From Tubulanus polymorphus (lineage: Eukaryota; Animalia; Nemertea), in contig NC_134028.1 in the NCBI RefSeq assembly GCF_964204645.1, forward strand, positions 3,720,001 through 3,784,000: 64,000 nucleotides of DNA, read 5' to 3'. A model generated the notes under the pieces. It saw only the letters and a program-made list of their open reading frames with translations, was not told where the DNA came from and ran no database searches. Made by a program: the position numbers and the translations under genes. Below are positions 49,423 to 63,400 of the stretch, in pieces. Each line of letters starts with the position of its first letter. Positions within the stretch are counted from its first letter, which is position 1.

Positions 49423-51651
49423 TTACCGCAGCTGTTGTGTTATGCAGTTATTTCATAAACAGCAATATTTACCACCGTATGAGGTTGACGAAACTTAATT
49501 TGCGGATGTGAAATCTGTTACCACACTATAAAGCAGCGTGTAGCAGTAATATTTAGTGGAATAACAGAGTATGCATAGTTCTACTGCGAAACCACCAACC
49601 GATAATTCTCATCTTTTTCGAAAATATGAATCACGCCATTAATGCATAATACACACATCGTGTTCGTCGTCCGCAGATGCTTCCGCATTATATCAGCTGG
49701 CAAAATACTTTACATAGAAAAAATCATAAATGTAGTGAAGCAAACTCCAGTATAATAACGATTGTGCAATGAACTGTGTAAATAATCTTATCAATCATTA
49801 TTAATTCATTCACTCTTAATGTGTAACGCCAAAATTTCTAAAATGGAGTGCGGCATTGGTATTTTGATGCGTCACTGACCTGCGAACGTGTCTACTATGT
49901 AGACATTAGTAGTTTTGTTGTAGATATATTTGTGTTAAATCGGAATGTTTCTGAATTCTACCGGCTACAATGTGATGTTTTATGTTAAGGATATTTATTT
50001 TTTTTGTATATAAGGAATGATATCTCTACAAATCTCAAGTAAAGACTGCGCAGTCCTTTGATGTATTCTTTGCATCGAGTGAATTTCATTTACGTTTTAC
50101 AGCTTTGTAATGACCAGAATACTGGCAGAAGCGCAGGTTTATCTCTACCCTTAAAGCTGTTGTTTTTACTTGTGCTTTCATTATTAGTTTATCGTTTTAG
50201 ATATTCTGTATGCTGAATAATCATGTATCATTATATGATATGTTCGAACAGTCACGCCGTCTCGGAAGTCTCAATGCGCCATGGCCATCAGCTTTCAGGG
50301 CATTGACTACTAGCTGGTGGTCTATCACATATGGAACTATTATTACGACATATTGCTGAATATGCACCATATTGAACGACACTTTTCTATTTCGTGTCCA
50401 ATTCTCGTACTGTGCCCACGAACAAATTAAAACAAATTTCATGCACATTTGCTGTGACATATTAACGAATACGTGTGATACCCTCAGACGACATTTCTAA
50501 ATCAAGTCAATCATTTTGATAATTACACTGTATTACCTCACAGTTTTGTATCTCATTTATTCATGTGCAATATGTATATATTTCTTGAATAAATTAACTT
50601 ATCAAGCAACCTTTGAACAATTTGAACATGCTTTTGCATCGATGACAAGAATTCGTAGCCGGGAGAAATTCTACGGGAAAAGTGATCTTATCAAAGATAA
50701 AAGTAATGATTTTTCTATATACGATAAAACTCCACAACACATAAGTAAGACGAGTGCAAATGATTTCCCTGAGCAGGTACTGGCTACTTTCAACTATATA
50801 TCATAATTGTCGTCTTTAAGAATAGGCCGCATTCCAGTAATTCATTATTAAACTTTAGCTCAAGAAAATTTTCGGACGCGTTCGGACCTATCGTTACTAC
50901 TCGGACAGGGTGTTTTAAGATTACTTGAATTTTACTATTTGTTTCTCGTTGGAGTTGGATTACTAGGTACGCTTACATTCGTATTTGCGCGTGACTTAAA
51001 AAACGACGCATCTCTATTTGAACAACACCGGGAAACATCATAAAATATTCAGACGCCTCGATTTGTCCTGAATTAGGAAAACAAATCTACGGAGAAATCG
51101 AAGCACAACTAGATGAATTATTTCCGTAACCGATTTGTTATTCAAACAGGATTTTCTGTAGCAGGAGACATAAGCCATAAGTCTAACTGGATAAATGTCC
51201 CGTGATACACCTGAATATTTTATCAAATAATGCATTTCAGAGATTACTTAGGACTCTGCACGCTGAAAATGATTGATTAACTCTGAACATGGTCAAATAC
51301 CATTTATTTTGCCTATTACGTGTTTGCGTCTGATATCAGGTGATAAAAATATCCAGTAATATTCGCATCGTCCTGTGGTAGACATTTTATACCTATACCC
51401 AGTTCTTTGCGAGCGAATGATCGAATCGTGCGAGGATTTATTGAAGAGATTTGCATACAATCCGCGGGTCGTGTCGATTTGTATTGTCTGCGATGATTTA
51501 TACGGATGAAACAAATTGCGGCCGATTTATACCGGGATAACGCGCGCCTTGTGAACTCATTTAACTAGAAATTATCAATAGTGCTTTCCGACGCTCTACG
51601 ATCCTAGTGCACCCAACACACTGACACTCCGGTTTTTTTGGATAGTCCACG

Positions 51652-52064
51652 ATGCTTCTTTTCTGGAATATTCTTGCCTTGTATTATTACGGTAGGTTTT
51701 CGTATAATTTTCATTTAGCGAATTCAATTTCATCTTTCCATTTTGCTATACAATACTCGAAGCACATCGACTGAATATTGATTCACTTCCATTCTCAGCA
51801 CCGATCAGGGCATCCATGAATTGTTCCTTCGGACAGCAGTGGATAGCAGTTCGGGGATCTGTCGACCTCGCTCATGAAAATCACGTAAAGGGCTTAAAAG
51901 ATGAACAGAGCTGTAAAGACGAATGCATGAAAGAGCCCGAGTGTATCGGCTGTTGGTTTGATATGCCGTCGAGTACATGTTACATGTACGACGATTTTCT
52001 AACGGACATCGGTTCAAAACAGGCCTATCTAGCTTGCAATAAAACAAAAATCGGTAAGTGTTAA
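51652..52064 (+). CDS. Small secreted Cys-rich PAN/apple-like protein; exons 51652-51691 and 51799-52064 (or spliced onward at 52053)
   Basis: Signal-like MLLFWNILALYYY|APIRAS with a phase-1 intron. SCKDECMKEPECIGCWFD...TCYMY fits the PAN core CxxxC...C...C. Confidence 0.6.
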
Positions 52065-52306
52065 AAGTATTGCCAAGTATTGCTCAAAAATAGCGTTTAC
52101 GTCCCTGAAGTTTGAAATAGTTTTCAAGGAAAAAGAGGTAGGAAGTATATGTTAACGATATAAGGAAAATGGCATAAATATCAGGTTTGGAAAATAGTAA
52201 TTTAATGAAAGTACTGAAAAGATGATGTGGATAGATTTAAACTCAGTGAGTATAATATACGTTAAACTAGCAGAATCTAGGATGAATATGTGGTAAAATA
52301 GACTGA

Positions 52307-52474
52307 AGGCGGGTGTAGGCGACTGCAACACTGCCGACAACTCGATTCTCAGCTACTGCCACGGCAATAAGTCGTACATGTTCTACTCTCAGCGACGCGT
52401 CGTCTCTCCCAGTCTTAACCGTCTGTCGCGCACCATCGATGGCAATCGCGTCCCAGTCAACCTACAGCCATATC
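52307..52474. mobile_element. Decayed copy of the AGGCGGGCGTAGG MITE family
   Basis: aggcgggtgtaggcgactgc...gcaataagtcgtacatgttctact matches the internal sequence at 31389-31412. Confidence 0.6.
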
Positions 52475-52545
52475 TTAACCAACGCCCATATCAGGAGGAA
52501 TCGTCGAGTTAATGAAAAGTACTTAAACCTCTTTCAAGGCGCAAT

Positions 52546-54361
52546 TCATTTCAGGGATACCGGTAACGTATTTCCCGCTGATGTACCTCCTGTCGCGAAG
52601 CTGGTCGGTAGCGCCTCTATTCTACAGCACAATATGTTCGTTAGGGAATCTAAGAAATGGCTATGCAAAAACGTGTACAAAATCGGGTTGATACACGTAT
52701 TTAGATAGCCAAATAACTGGAATAATATTTTTGCGAGGGTGTAATATTCGCGTTTGGTCGTCAGAAACCGCGCGCACAGTTGAAACGTGAAAAAAGGAAA
52801 CCAGCATAATATGAATGCGATGACCACGGCTAACATCATTTTAATCACTTTTTTCTTGTGTCGTTCTTGACGAGCTAGAAGCGCCGAGTTGCGGATATCT
52901 CCAACAGCCGGACGCAACCACAACTTATGACCTATGGCGGCGTACGACACGATCATTATCAAAGTCGGTATGACGTAGAAAACCGTGTAAATATAGATTT
53001 CATACGCCGTCATCCAAGTATCGTTGATGAACGTTTCTTGACACTTGTAAATGATTCTGGGTAATGAACTTCCTGGAACAATCCCGATTGATGGAAGAAC
53101 GGTCATAATTACAGCTTGAGGTATCATCAACACTAGAGATAGCAGCCATATTACGCTGACTGTTACGATTGCTCTTTTCTTTCTTTTCAAGAATCGCCAC
53201 TTCGGCAGATGACAGATTAAGATGTACCTACAAAAGATTTTACCAATTCAAGCACATACACTCGGTTCAGTTCCTCTTTTGGACATGGCCATCAAAATGG
53301 AGTCGAAACAAAACAAGAAATAAGGATTGTAATAGCAGAAAATTTAATTTCTAAAACGCCCTTTTCGCAGTGTTAAAATGTTCAACGGAATTTCCATTAA
53401 AATGGTGTTATTGGATCACTGGATCTCACTACTATTGATATTTTCCTGTGGAAAATTGTAAAAACCACCAAAATTGAGGACTTTATTTTGGGATAGTAAC
53501 AGTTTTTCGAAATTCTTAATTTGATGTGTCCAGATTCTGTGATGGAAATGATACGTCGAGCTGAACTGTGCATTGCAAAAATGTTAATGATATTGAGCAA
53601 GTTCTGTAGCAGCCCAATTAGTAAAGAGAACTGTCAGTTTAAGACTGTCTCAGTTGATTTAATTGTCATGTCTCAAACGGCAGCTTGTCACGCATCAATA
53701 AACAAACACATTGGAACAATCCTTATTTCTCGTTTTGGTTCGACATTTTCATCATTGTGTATTCAAAAGACGCGATCACCCATGCATGGCTTATTATCAT
53801 CAATTCTCAAAGCAGACATCTAGGTTACGAACCTTAACCCCCCCCCCCAAAAAAAAAGTTTCATACCAATATAGTTGATGAATAAAGCTCCAGCTCCGAT
53901 CTGAGGCGCCCTGTAGAGTATCTAATTTGGGTACATTATTTCGTTTTTATAATCATGAAGTGATCTTACCTGTCTAAAGCTACCGTTGTCAACGTAAAAA
54001 TGCTGGAAATGATCGTCACCGCTTGCGTATAGTTCACAAAACGGCACATGTGAATTCCAAGAGTCCATGTGTTCGTCAAAATATAGTAAATATGAAACGG
54101 CATATTCACAAGTGCGATCGTCAGGTCACTGACTGCTAACGACATTAAGAATATATCGGTAACTGTTCGTTCGGACAGATTCTTACCGAGAACGATCAAA
54201 ACTGCTACATTTCCAAACGCAGCAATTACTATAACCACAACGTAAACCGTAAGAAACAGAGTCTCGGACCATTCGGGCAACGGAGCTGGGATATTCAACG
54301 ACTCCAAAATGTCGTTCCAATCGATGTGCGAACTATTTTTTCCTTCGAAAAACATTTCCAT
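52546..54361 (-). CDS. Rhodopsin-class neuropeptide GPCR (QRFP/orexin/NPFF-like group); exons 54361-53970 and 53227-52546
   Basis: GNVAV, FLMSLAVSDL, WTLGIHMC, SIFTLTTVALDR|Y, CWFPF, NTCINPILY, and Ala rather than Lys at 7.43-region alignment (QLFGYLN). The intron splits the Arg of DRY. Confidence 0.88.
53435..53922. repeat. Dispersed ~450-bp repeat, copy 1 (GPCR intron)
   Basis: Collinear similarity with 58405-58833, e.g. ttcctgtgga.aat.gtaaaaacca, acgtcgagctgaact.tg..atgcaaaaatgtt and atagttgatgaa. Confidence 0.7.
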
Positions 54362-54959
54362 AATTGTTTTCAAACTAATTCAGCGCCCGATTCGCCGAAC
54401 GAATTGTTTATTTCGTATTCGCATTCGAGTTATCTCAGTTCATCAACTGAATTGATAGATTCCAGTCCATTAAGATAACAACATCAGTATAGTCATGAAA
54501 GTTATAACTCGCCTATCGTTAGTGCGTTAGTAATGCAAATCACCGCACAGATGGGAATTGACTGCGTTGAGTTTATGAAAGAATGCTTCAAAGACGACAG
54601 ACCGACCACACAGTTGCACTACCTTAGGAGCTTCCTTAATCGCGTCAATTATAATGATTATTAATATCAATCAGCCCTACCGTCAAGTAAATAATAGAAC
54701 CGCTGACGTTTCTGAAGTGTACAAATATAACCCTCAAATACAAACCTTTTAATAACAGCAAACAGTTTATGTAACGAACGGTGGAAGTTGGTAAGCTCGT
54801 GCGACGTGACAATCACTCCACATAAGCATTCAATATCTTAATTGCAATTTGTCCACCTATCAATCTTATCTCTATACTCTAAATTAGATCGGAATAAAAC
54901 CGAATTTATATAGATATACCTAAAAGACTATATGTGGTTATTGATTATTCGCGTTTATG

Positions 54960-55091
54960 TGCTGTTATATCATCTATTGAGTTCGTTTTCTATTGCCCAA
55001 TCCTTGCTGTTATATATTGAATTCGTTTTCTATTACCCAATCCTTGCTGTAATATCATTTATTGAATTCGTTTTCCATTACCCAATCCTTG
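54960..55091. repeat. Tandem repeat, ~3 x 41-45 bp
   Basis: Unit tgctgt(t/a)atat(catyt)attga(g/a)ttcgttttcyatt(g/a)cccaatcct. Confidence 0.85.
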
Positions 55092-55591
55092 ATTTTCTGT
55101 GATGCTATAGGATAATTGATTTTGCAGTTCTAAACCCTACAACAAGGCCCTAAAACAGAAACACTTGCGCAGAAATATGAAACCCTTTCCGACATAACAG
55201 ACACCATACGACACGATGACCTGTTTGTAGTGCAACAGATGATTATTCAGCATGAGGTGTTGTGATATCTTAAATTCCAATTTGATATAGCTGTTTTATA
55301 GCCTTTTATTCCCCCCTGAAATTGTACCTTTGCAATATTGCAAGTTTTATATTACGTATCTGCCTCGTATGATGATGTTGCCAACATCTGCCAATCAAAA
55401 ACTTATGCGCCACATGCTTAAGACATAATACGAAAAAGAAAACCAAAACGCCTCGTAGGGGGCTCCGTGTATTGTGTATTAGGAGCACTACCATCGACAG
55501 CCGTTGCAGAAATCTGCAGGCCGCAGCTGTGCCATTAGTTATAGTTGTGACACAAGTTAGAGTCTCAACAGTCTAAAAACACCGGATTAGG

Positions 55592-56859
55592 ATGGCGTTT
55601 ATCAGGTTAGTACTCCTCTTAGCGAATGCGTCCAGAGAAATGTCATTGCGCAATTTCTAATCAGGCGATTATCAAAGGATTTATTCATCGAAGCACAGAC
55701 TAAAACGCTTTAAACTACGTTATATACTATTTGATAATGTTTGTCTTTTTTTGTTATGAAGTTGTCCGTCGAATCGCGTTCTCTGCGCAATTTTAGTGAC
55801 CAGCGGTGTTTGTTTGCTGTTTTACTCTACGATGCAAACTTCGATAACAAGTGATATCCCCAGACGTATTGTGACGTTCATATCGCCTGAAAAGGAAGTC
55901 GATGTTGTAAAAGAGCCGGAACTGGTCATCAATCCGAACAAAGCGAAACCCGGTGAGAATAGCGGCACACTAAACAAAACTCAGGATTCAAAACAATCCA
56001 TTTCTAAAATTTTACTATGAAAATATTCACATTTATTTCAGGTTCTGAACCGCGTTTTGAGTTTCCAAAAAGGGCATACGATATTCCGAAATGCAACCCG
56101 AGAGTGAATAAATCGGTTGACTATGGCGCATGCCGGTTATTGCAGGGAACAGTAAGTGAGTCCTATAGGCAGGCTTACATGCGGCAATTGAAATATCTGG
56201 ACGATTTGGCCACTCAAAGAAATTGGACGTATTTCATGATTTTTGGCACTCTAGTCGGTTCATGGCGACATCACGCACTTGTGCCATCTGACGCTGATAC
56301 TGATTTGATGATGGATTATGAAGATAGACGGGACCTTTTAAACACAATGGAAGTACAGGCGCGATATATTCCGAAACAAATGTTGTATGACAAAATTCGC
56401 CTCCACGATGCTGAATATATTCGTGGAAGCGCATTTTACAAAAATGTTGGACGATGGTACACGCCCTCTTTAGACATTTTCTTTTACAAACAAAACGCAA
56501 CGCACATTTTCAGTTCTTCGAATTCGAAAAGGCATATACTCAAAAAGAGCGACGTGTTTCCGCTGCACAAGCGCCCTCTGGAGACGTTCATGCTGCCGGC
56601 CCCGAGAGACCCAGTGCAGATACTTATAAATAAATACGGTTCGACGAGTCTGTGTAAAACGTATTCGAGATTCACGGAGTGTAAAAACATGAAGCCATAT
56701 TTACCGTTTGTGTACAGGGAATTGAAAAACGGCAAAATGATCGAAACTCTTAAGTTGAACGATCGGGTTTTGCAAGTGAAGGAAGTCGACGAATTAAAGG
56801 AAAATATTCCCCTCAATCCGTTTACTTTCGAGACAAACGGAAAAGTATCACATCACTGA
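55592..56859 (+). CDS. LicD/fukutin-related type II membrane nucleotidyltransferase-fold enzyme; exons 55592-55605, 55762-55952, 56042-56859
   Basis: FGTLVGSWRHHALVPSDADTDL (LicD GTLLGxxRH..IPWDxDxD), LDIFFY, DVFPLHKRP...LPAPRDP..IL...YG, and signal anchor VLCAILVTSGVCLLFY. Confidence 0.82.
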
Positions 56860-58404
56860 TAATTTCATGGTCCGATGGGTGGTTAGTTTTGTGTGCTTTT
56901 CGGATATCGTGTAGAAAGTGACCTTCAGGCTGGAGGATAAAACAGTGCAGAACGCTGGAAATGAACAAGAGCGCGCGCGTCTGATTCTGATCAAAATGAA
57001 AAGTGAAACGTAGAGACTTAATCGTTATATCAACAGCTGTTCATGTAATGTGAAAAAAATTAGCGTCGATCGAGTCCCTTACGTAAATATTTCTTTTCAT
57101 TTAGAACGGAATCAGACAGATTTGTACGGTTATAGACACTATTACATTTTACGAAATACTAAAAGTAGCATATTGCAATATCTGCCTGAAAATATGAAAT
57201 TACGTTTATTTTCTATAGGCGAACGACACTATCTATAATTGAATTTAGCATTTTTCCACTTTCGCAAATGACTGCTCCTGTATACGGTACAAATAATTGA
57301 ACAGTTGACGGAGCTATTCATGTTTATGTTTTCGAGCGGAAAGTATATTTCTGAATCTTTTGTTGAGTTTAATTGAGAATCGATAATTCACGATGATTTA
57401 TTGGAATATAACCAATTCACTAGAATAAACTGCGTTCTTTAGCTTGTTTTTTATTTCATCAAATTTTAATGCGTAAATCCCGGGACGCCTCGTGGATCTG
57501 ATACTTAATGGCAATAACTCACGGTTCTACGTATAAACTGCGGTGATTTTGTAACAGCGAGGTTTCAATTTGTAGACTGAAAAGGAATGCAGAGGGTGAG
57601 TGAATCGAAAAAACATTTGTAAAATGAAGGGAAGCCAAATGATCTTAGTAATTCTTTTAATTTTCGCTTATCAAATAGCCGGGATTTTTCTCTCTTGCTA
57701 TTCCTAAAGAAAAGGTTGGGATCCAAAAATTAAACGGCTGGATCAAAATTGACTATTTCATTAATGTAAATTAATATGTCTGAATTACCATACATTGAAC
57801 TATCAATACGTTGCTTGACCAATTGTGTATATGCGTATCGCAATGACAATACTTCATCGGTTCCTTTGACATATCTACCAATCAATCATAATACTTCAAT
57901 TTTATCTTGTCTATATCGTCGATAATGATTGATTTCGTCGATTATATTCTCACACGGGAAATTAGGCTACGAATAGTATATATAGCTCCAACAGGGCCGT
58001 ACGTGATAGGATCTTTCTTAGATATATACAAAACACATCCCAAAACCTCATCTGCACGCCATCGAGTTATTCGTTCGTTGCTCAAGAATTTTCAGAGGTA
58101 TGGATAATTTGTCGATGAAAACTCGCGACCGGGCATCTATTCCTCAGATGTATTCAACGCGTAGAATAAGGCGTATTTCAAGGAGATACTCACAGTTAGA
58201 AATTGCCAAACAAGAGGTAGGTTAAACGTAGTCAATACAACTAACTAACTAAATGCAATGATGTGATACGGAAGCTTTAAAATTAATCATTCATTAACTA
58301 AAATTGTGATTTATTTTTCGGGGGTGAGTCGGCGGTGGTAAAGTTGGTAGACTTTGTTTGCTCAAAGATGGAATATTGATATGACAATAAAATGCAATAA
58401 TAAG

Positions 58405-58833
58405 TTATATTCCTGTGGAGAATCGTAAAAACCAGCAAAGGACTATGTGTTTGGAAAGGAACAGTTTTTAGAAATACTAAATTTGATGAGTCAAACATTC
58501 TGTGAGGAAAATGAGACGTCGAGCTGAACTCTGAAATGCAAAAATGTTTATGTCATTGAAAAAGTTCTGAAGCAGCTTAATTCGTAAAGAGGACCAAAAA
58601 TTTTATTAAGGAGAAATCTGTTTTATTTCGTCTCCATTTTCATTTTGTATTCAAAAATACGCTAGTGCTCAGCCATACACAGCTTATTATTGCATCTCAA
58701 TACCTGATCCTCAAGCAACCAACTAAGTCTACGAACCCTACATCCCCTAAAAAACTTTAATCAATTACATGAGTTATAGTTGATGAAATGAAGCTTCGGT
58801 AATACATTTTCTGAAACACTCTGTAGAGATTCT
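58405..58833. repeat. Dispersed ~450-bp repeat, copy 2
   Basis: Diverged direct copy of 53435-53922. Confidence 0.7.
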
Positions 58834-60020
58834 ACAACAATTATTGACTATGCAATATCACTTCGGGATGGCGTATTATCTATTTGAAATCGTATTTTGA
58901 AAATTCGAATTTCCGTAAATCGCGACTATTCGGTTAAATTAGGAATTTATTTGCATATCGGCGCTAATCTTACTGACAACAAACTGAGTACATATTTGAA
59001 ATTTTCCTGGACTGATTGCTACCGCGTTAGAATAATTCAACAAAACAACTCAACGACGCTAAAGTGACTGGTTTATGGTGTATTTAAAAAAAGCTATTAA
59101 ATCACACTACAATCGTTCAATGGTAAATTATACGCGGAACGTAATATAATGGCTCCTCATAATTGGGCGGAGAAAAAGTCGAAAGCATTTTAAAATTCGA
59201 ATATTCGTTTTTGAACGACCCATTGAATCGAACCACTTGACATCGCCGAAATGGAAGATTTATTCTAATTTTACTCTTGCTCTTTGTGTCATTAGAAAAC
59301 ACTTTGTGGCCCCCAAAATTCGGGTATATAATTTGAAAGGTACATAGGATCTAGTTGGGTATCAGAGAAAAACGATTGTAAGACATTTTCTTTTATTTGA
59401 TATATTCCTAACGTTTTTTTCTATTCAAAATTCAGTTCTATAGAAAAAGTCTGAATCCGTCCCAGATGATGAAACTGGCGAAATGGCACAGCAGAGCCCA
59501 GCAGAAAGTTAAACAGGTATTTTTAGATGAAAACCTGCGTTGATTATACTTTTACGCAATCCACGAATTGATGGAATCATATTTCACTAAAAGCATGGTC
59601 GGAATTTGTCACAATACAGTGGGAAACTACGCCATACGCAGTAAATTATCACTCGACTAACTTTCAATACCTAGTTGATGTTTGTTTATAGGAAAATATT
59701 TGATCAAGACACCTTTTGCCGGTCCCCGAAATGTGCCGTGAATATACATTCATTTTGTTACCATTATTGACGTAAGATCAACATGAAATAGAATCTATAT
59801 ACTAAACATTAAAGGCAGATGAAAAGAATGCTCTTCCCAGAATTAGGTTGGTTTAATCACATTGTCGTCATTCGATTCGACTGAAAGCTACCAGCGATCG
59901 CATTCGACTATGATTTCATAGGATTACACGTTCGGCTTTCATGAGAATGATTCTAGAAGATACGGCGTGATTAACTTTCTTTACAAACTCAAAATAGTGA
60001 AATAGTGTAGCTCGGGAAAG

Positions 60021-60461
60021 ATGGATCTAACGGAAAGCGCGCTCAATAGTAGTCTAGTATCTATGTCTGACAGCAGACGAGACGGTTATCAATCAGTCCT
60101 TGACCTTACTGGAAACGATAAACGGTCGATCGCTCGGGGTTTAAGGTTTCAGCGACGTATTCTACTGCCATCCATCAGCGCTTCTGACAGGAATGGTGAT
60201 TTTTTTACCAGATCGGTGGATCAATTGAACCGCGAGAGAAGCAAGTCGCTCGAATCAGTTCTCAGTCGCAGGCGGCTCGAGGCGGCGACGGTGATTGCCC
60301 TTGCACCGCAGAATACCGGTACTATTTCTGCGAGTAATATTGATAATTCGAGCAGATTCCGTCGGGAGAAAGCCGACAGTCGCGTCTATATCACAGCTCA
60401 AACTGCGCTGAGAATCGATTCTATTAAAACGAAAAAGGTACACCAACATTGTTTGTTTTAG
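60021..60461 (+). CDS. 146-aa Ser/Arg-rich ORF of unknown function (possibly a first exon)
   Basis: ATG in good context (aagATGg) and locally higher GC. Possible donor AAG|gtacac at ~60437. No recognised domain. Confidence 0.4.
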   Translation: MDLTESALNSSLVSMSDSRRDGYQSVLDLTGNDKRSIARGLRFQRRILLPSISASDRNGDFFTRSVDQLNRERSKSLESVLSRRRLEAATVIALAPQNTGTISASNIDNSSRFRREKADSRVYITAQTALRIDSIKTKKVHQHCLF

Positions 60462-63400
60462 ACATAGCCGTTGAGAATTTCATATCTTAACCCTCATCTA
60501 TCGAAACTATTGCACTTCGGTCCACGAACTATGAGATTGTAAGCTTGTAAATATTCTTGACGGTAAAATGTTATCTCAACAAACTTTTGCTACATCAATA
60601 TCCAGATATACCACATATATATGAAAGGAAACTCTTATATACACTGGATTTTTACTAGGGTCTGCAGTTGAAGTGATATTTGAAAATAATTAAGGTTTTC
60701 TGCCCGTTCGTTTCGTCTCTGGTTTGATCGTGGAATTAGAACCCCAAATTACGCCGATCAAGGTATTCACTCATTAACACCGCTTAGCACTAATAATCTG
60801 AAATGCGTTGAATTACCTCCACTTGTTTTGAATTTCGGATGAATATATACCCAACAGGGAGTCGGGTCACTATATTTACTGATTCGAATGCCAGGCGGTC
60901 GGTCACGCGAGATTACGAATGGTTTCGAAGTTGATTATAAATACTAATAACACAAATCCTTTAATCGTTCCAATCACGACAATGCATAATCATGATTATC
61001 GTATTGAGAAGCGTATATTTGAATGGTCTAGCCTGAGGGTAGGTACTTGGGAATAACATTTCGACATCCCCGAACACGTTGACTCAGATAGGAATTACTT
61101 AATGTATATCAGGAAACCTCGGATAAATTAGTTAACGGGAGGCGGAAAGCGTTAGGTAGGTTTTTCTCATGTATATCTACTGCATATTTATCAATTTATC
61201 TACTTGAGGGCTGTTCGTGTTATCGTATATTGGACTGTTTATACGAATCAATGGTCGTAATGTAATAAATAATTGAATATATTCTAGTATTCTAGTATAT
61301 TCTAGTGGTTGCCAATGAACGCATGCTCGTATGCACGCTAAATACACTTTCCGTTAGAAAATGATTGAGTTCCCGAACTGTAGCTCATCAACGGCGTATT
61401 CAAGATCTCCATAAAACGAAAATTCGACCATATAAGTTTACAAAACAGTGTATGGATATTTGGCCTGTTGTATCATATTCAGTTCATACGTTTTCTGAGT
61501 CGTAATTCTATTTCGTTTTTTTAGAGAAATTTGCTGAACATTTTCCAACGGAAAGCTCGTTTTGTGCTGTTATGCGTGTCGTGGTTCCGCGACATTTTTC
61601 AGAAGTAAGTAATTTTCTGGCGTCAGATCGAATCACATCATTATCATTGCTGCTTCTACGCGATTAAACATGTACATCATCAATTTCTTAGTGTTCTTCT
61701 TAAATACCAATTTGTGAACTTGTGATAACGATATTTTCTTACGCTCTTGACTCAATAAGAAAGACAAGTATCGGTTTATTTGCTCGACGCCGAGCACGTC
61801 GTTTCCAATAATTGGCGGCGGCGTCACTTTGACTTTAACTTACCTTCTTATCCGACTTTGAATAGTTCCCTGTTTAGATTACGCGTGGTCAAACCGAGTT
61901 TATCTTATCGCACGTTTTACCAATAGCGCCGTATATAATTACTAGCAAATTACAACAAGTACCGAAACAATGTCGCTCGTTATTTCAGAGCCCTTGAGAT
62001 GAGGGATCAACTTCTGTCCATTGCTCAAATATCATACGGACAACCGCTACAAATGGCAGCCGATAATTTGGTGTTTGATGTCTCTCATTTCCGAGCAAAG
62101 CGAGAGGTAAGGCCGACAGGCAGAAGACAAAATCCAATATCAACAAACGTTTTTTTCTCAGCTGTAAAAGGGCCATCGGTCAAAATATCTCTAGGAATTT
62201 AAGAACATGAAATCAAAATTCATTTAATATCAAGAATTAAAATCAAAAGTTTTAAGACACAAAATTTCGCAGGACCATTGTCAGATGTCAACATGGACGA
62301 GGGAGGCAGATATTGGAAACGTCGTGTCTTCAATAATTCTTGATAAATGAATTTCCATTTCATATTTTGAATCATACATAGTGGGTTTCTAAGATATCAT
62401 CTTTTCATCACGTGGCAGTATACGGGTTGTTCTCCTGAAAAATCAATCAGAAGGATATTTGATCAGTTGTATGTAACAACGGCAAAGTGAAAATCATGTA
62501 CTCTATAATACAAATGTACCTACTTTTCTTTATAATGGTTTTTCTTTTCAAGCAGTTCATTTGTTCGTCATTTGCAACGTGACATTTCATTTTTGAACGT
62601 AGAAGAATTAAAGAAGTCTTTAAAATGCTGGTTTTCTTGTTAATCTGCAGGATACCGTATCACAAGAAGCCATACGTATCCTGTCTCAGTCACCCAGCGA
62701 ACGATCAGCCAAAGAAACTAAATACGTACGTACAATGATTGGCATTTAAAACAAGCTTGTCTATTAATGCTGAAATCATCCAAAAACACATGCTAAAACA
62801 TGCGAGACAGCCATCATTGAACTAGAAGAAATACGTAATCGCTAGAGAAGTTCTGGCTGAAAATAGCCGGTTTTATCCACGGGAATATTTTCGGTGACTT
62901 CGTCGTTGTTGTTGTTGTTGTACAAAGTTTCAAAGACTTACTCATGAAGACGTTCTTTCGTATTTCTTATTTCAGCTGTTAATTGCGCTAAGAAATATCA
63001 AGGCATTCGCCGAATATCCGACGCGTATGCAGAAACAGTTGTGTAGCGTGGGTTGGTATGAAACGTATGTTAAGCTGAAATCCCTCGGAACAATGTTGTT
63101 ATATATGCCTGCATGTTGAATTGTAACAGCTTTTAAAGTTTCATCGAAATGGATGGATCGAATAGATTTATTTGAACTACATATCGTAGGGGTTTCACTT
63201 CAATAAATATTGATATAAATGTTTATTCTTTATTTTTAGATATGAGCCGCGTCGGGCTATCATTCGACAAGGCCATCTTCCATCTGCATTTTATTTCATC
63301 CTATCGGGAACAGGTAAAACCGGTTTAAACACTGGAAATTGATCTCTATTTCGATATGTTGTAGATCTATATCTACAGTATCACCTGTCCTTTTTTAGTT

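Noticed and set aside
54960-55091. CRISPR-like periodicity
   Set aside because: The units are contiguous with no unique spacers, there are no cas genes, and the context is eukaryotic.
62385-62645. Two possible minus-strand exons (INKKTSILK...|GEQPVYCHVMKR*)
   Set aside because: Splice signals are plausible, but there is no homology or supported start, so it is too weak to call.
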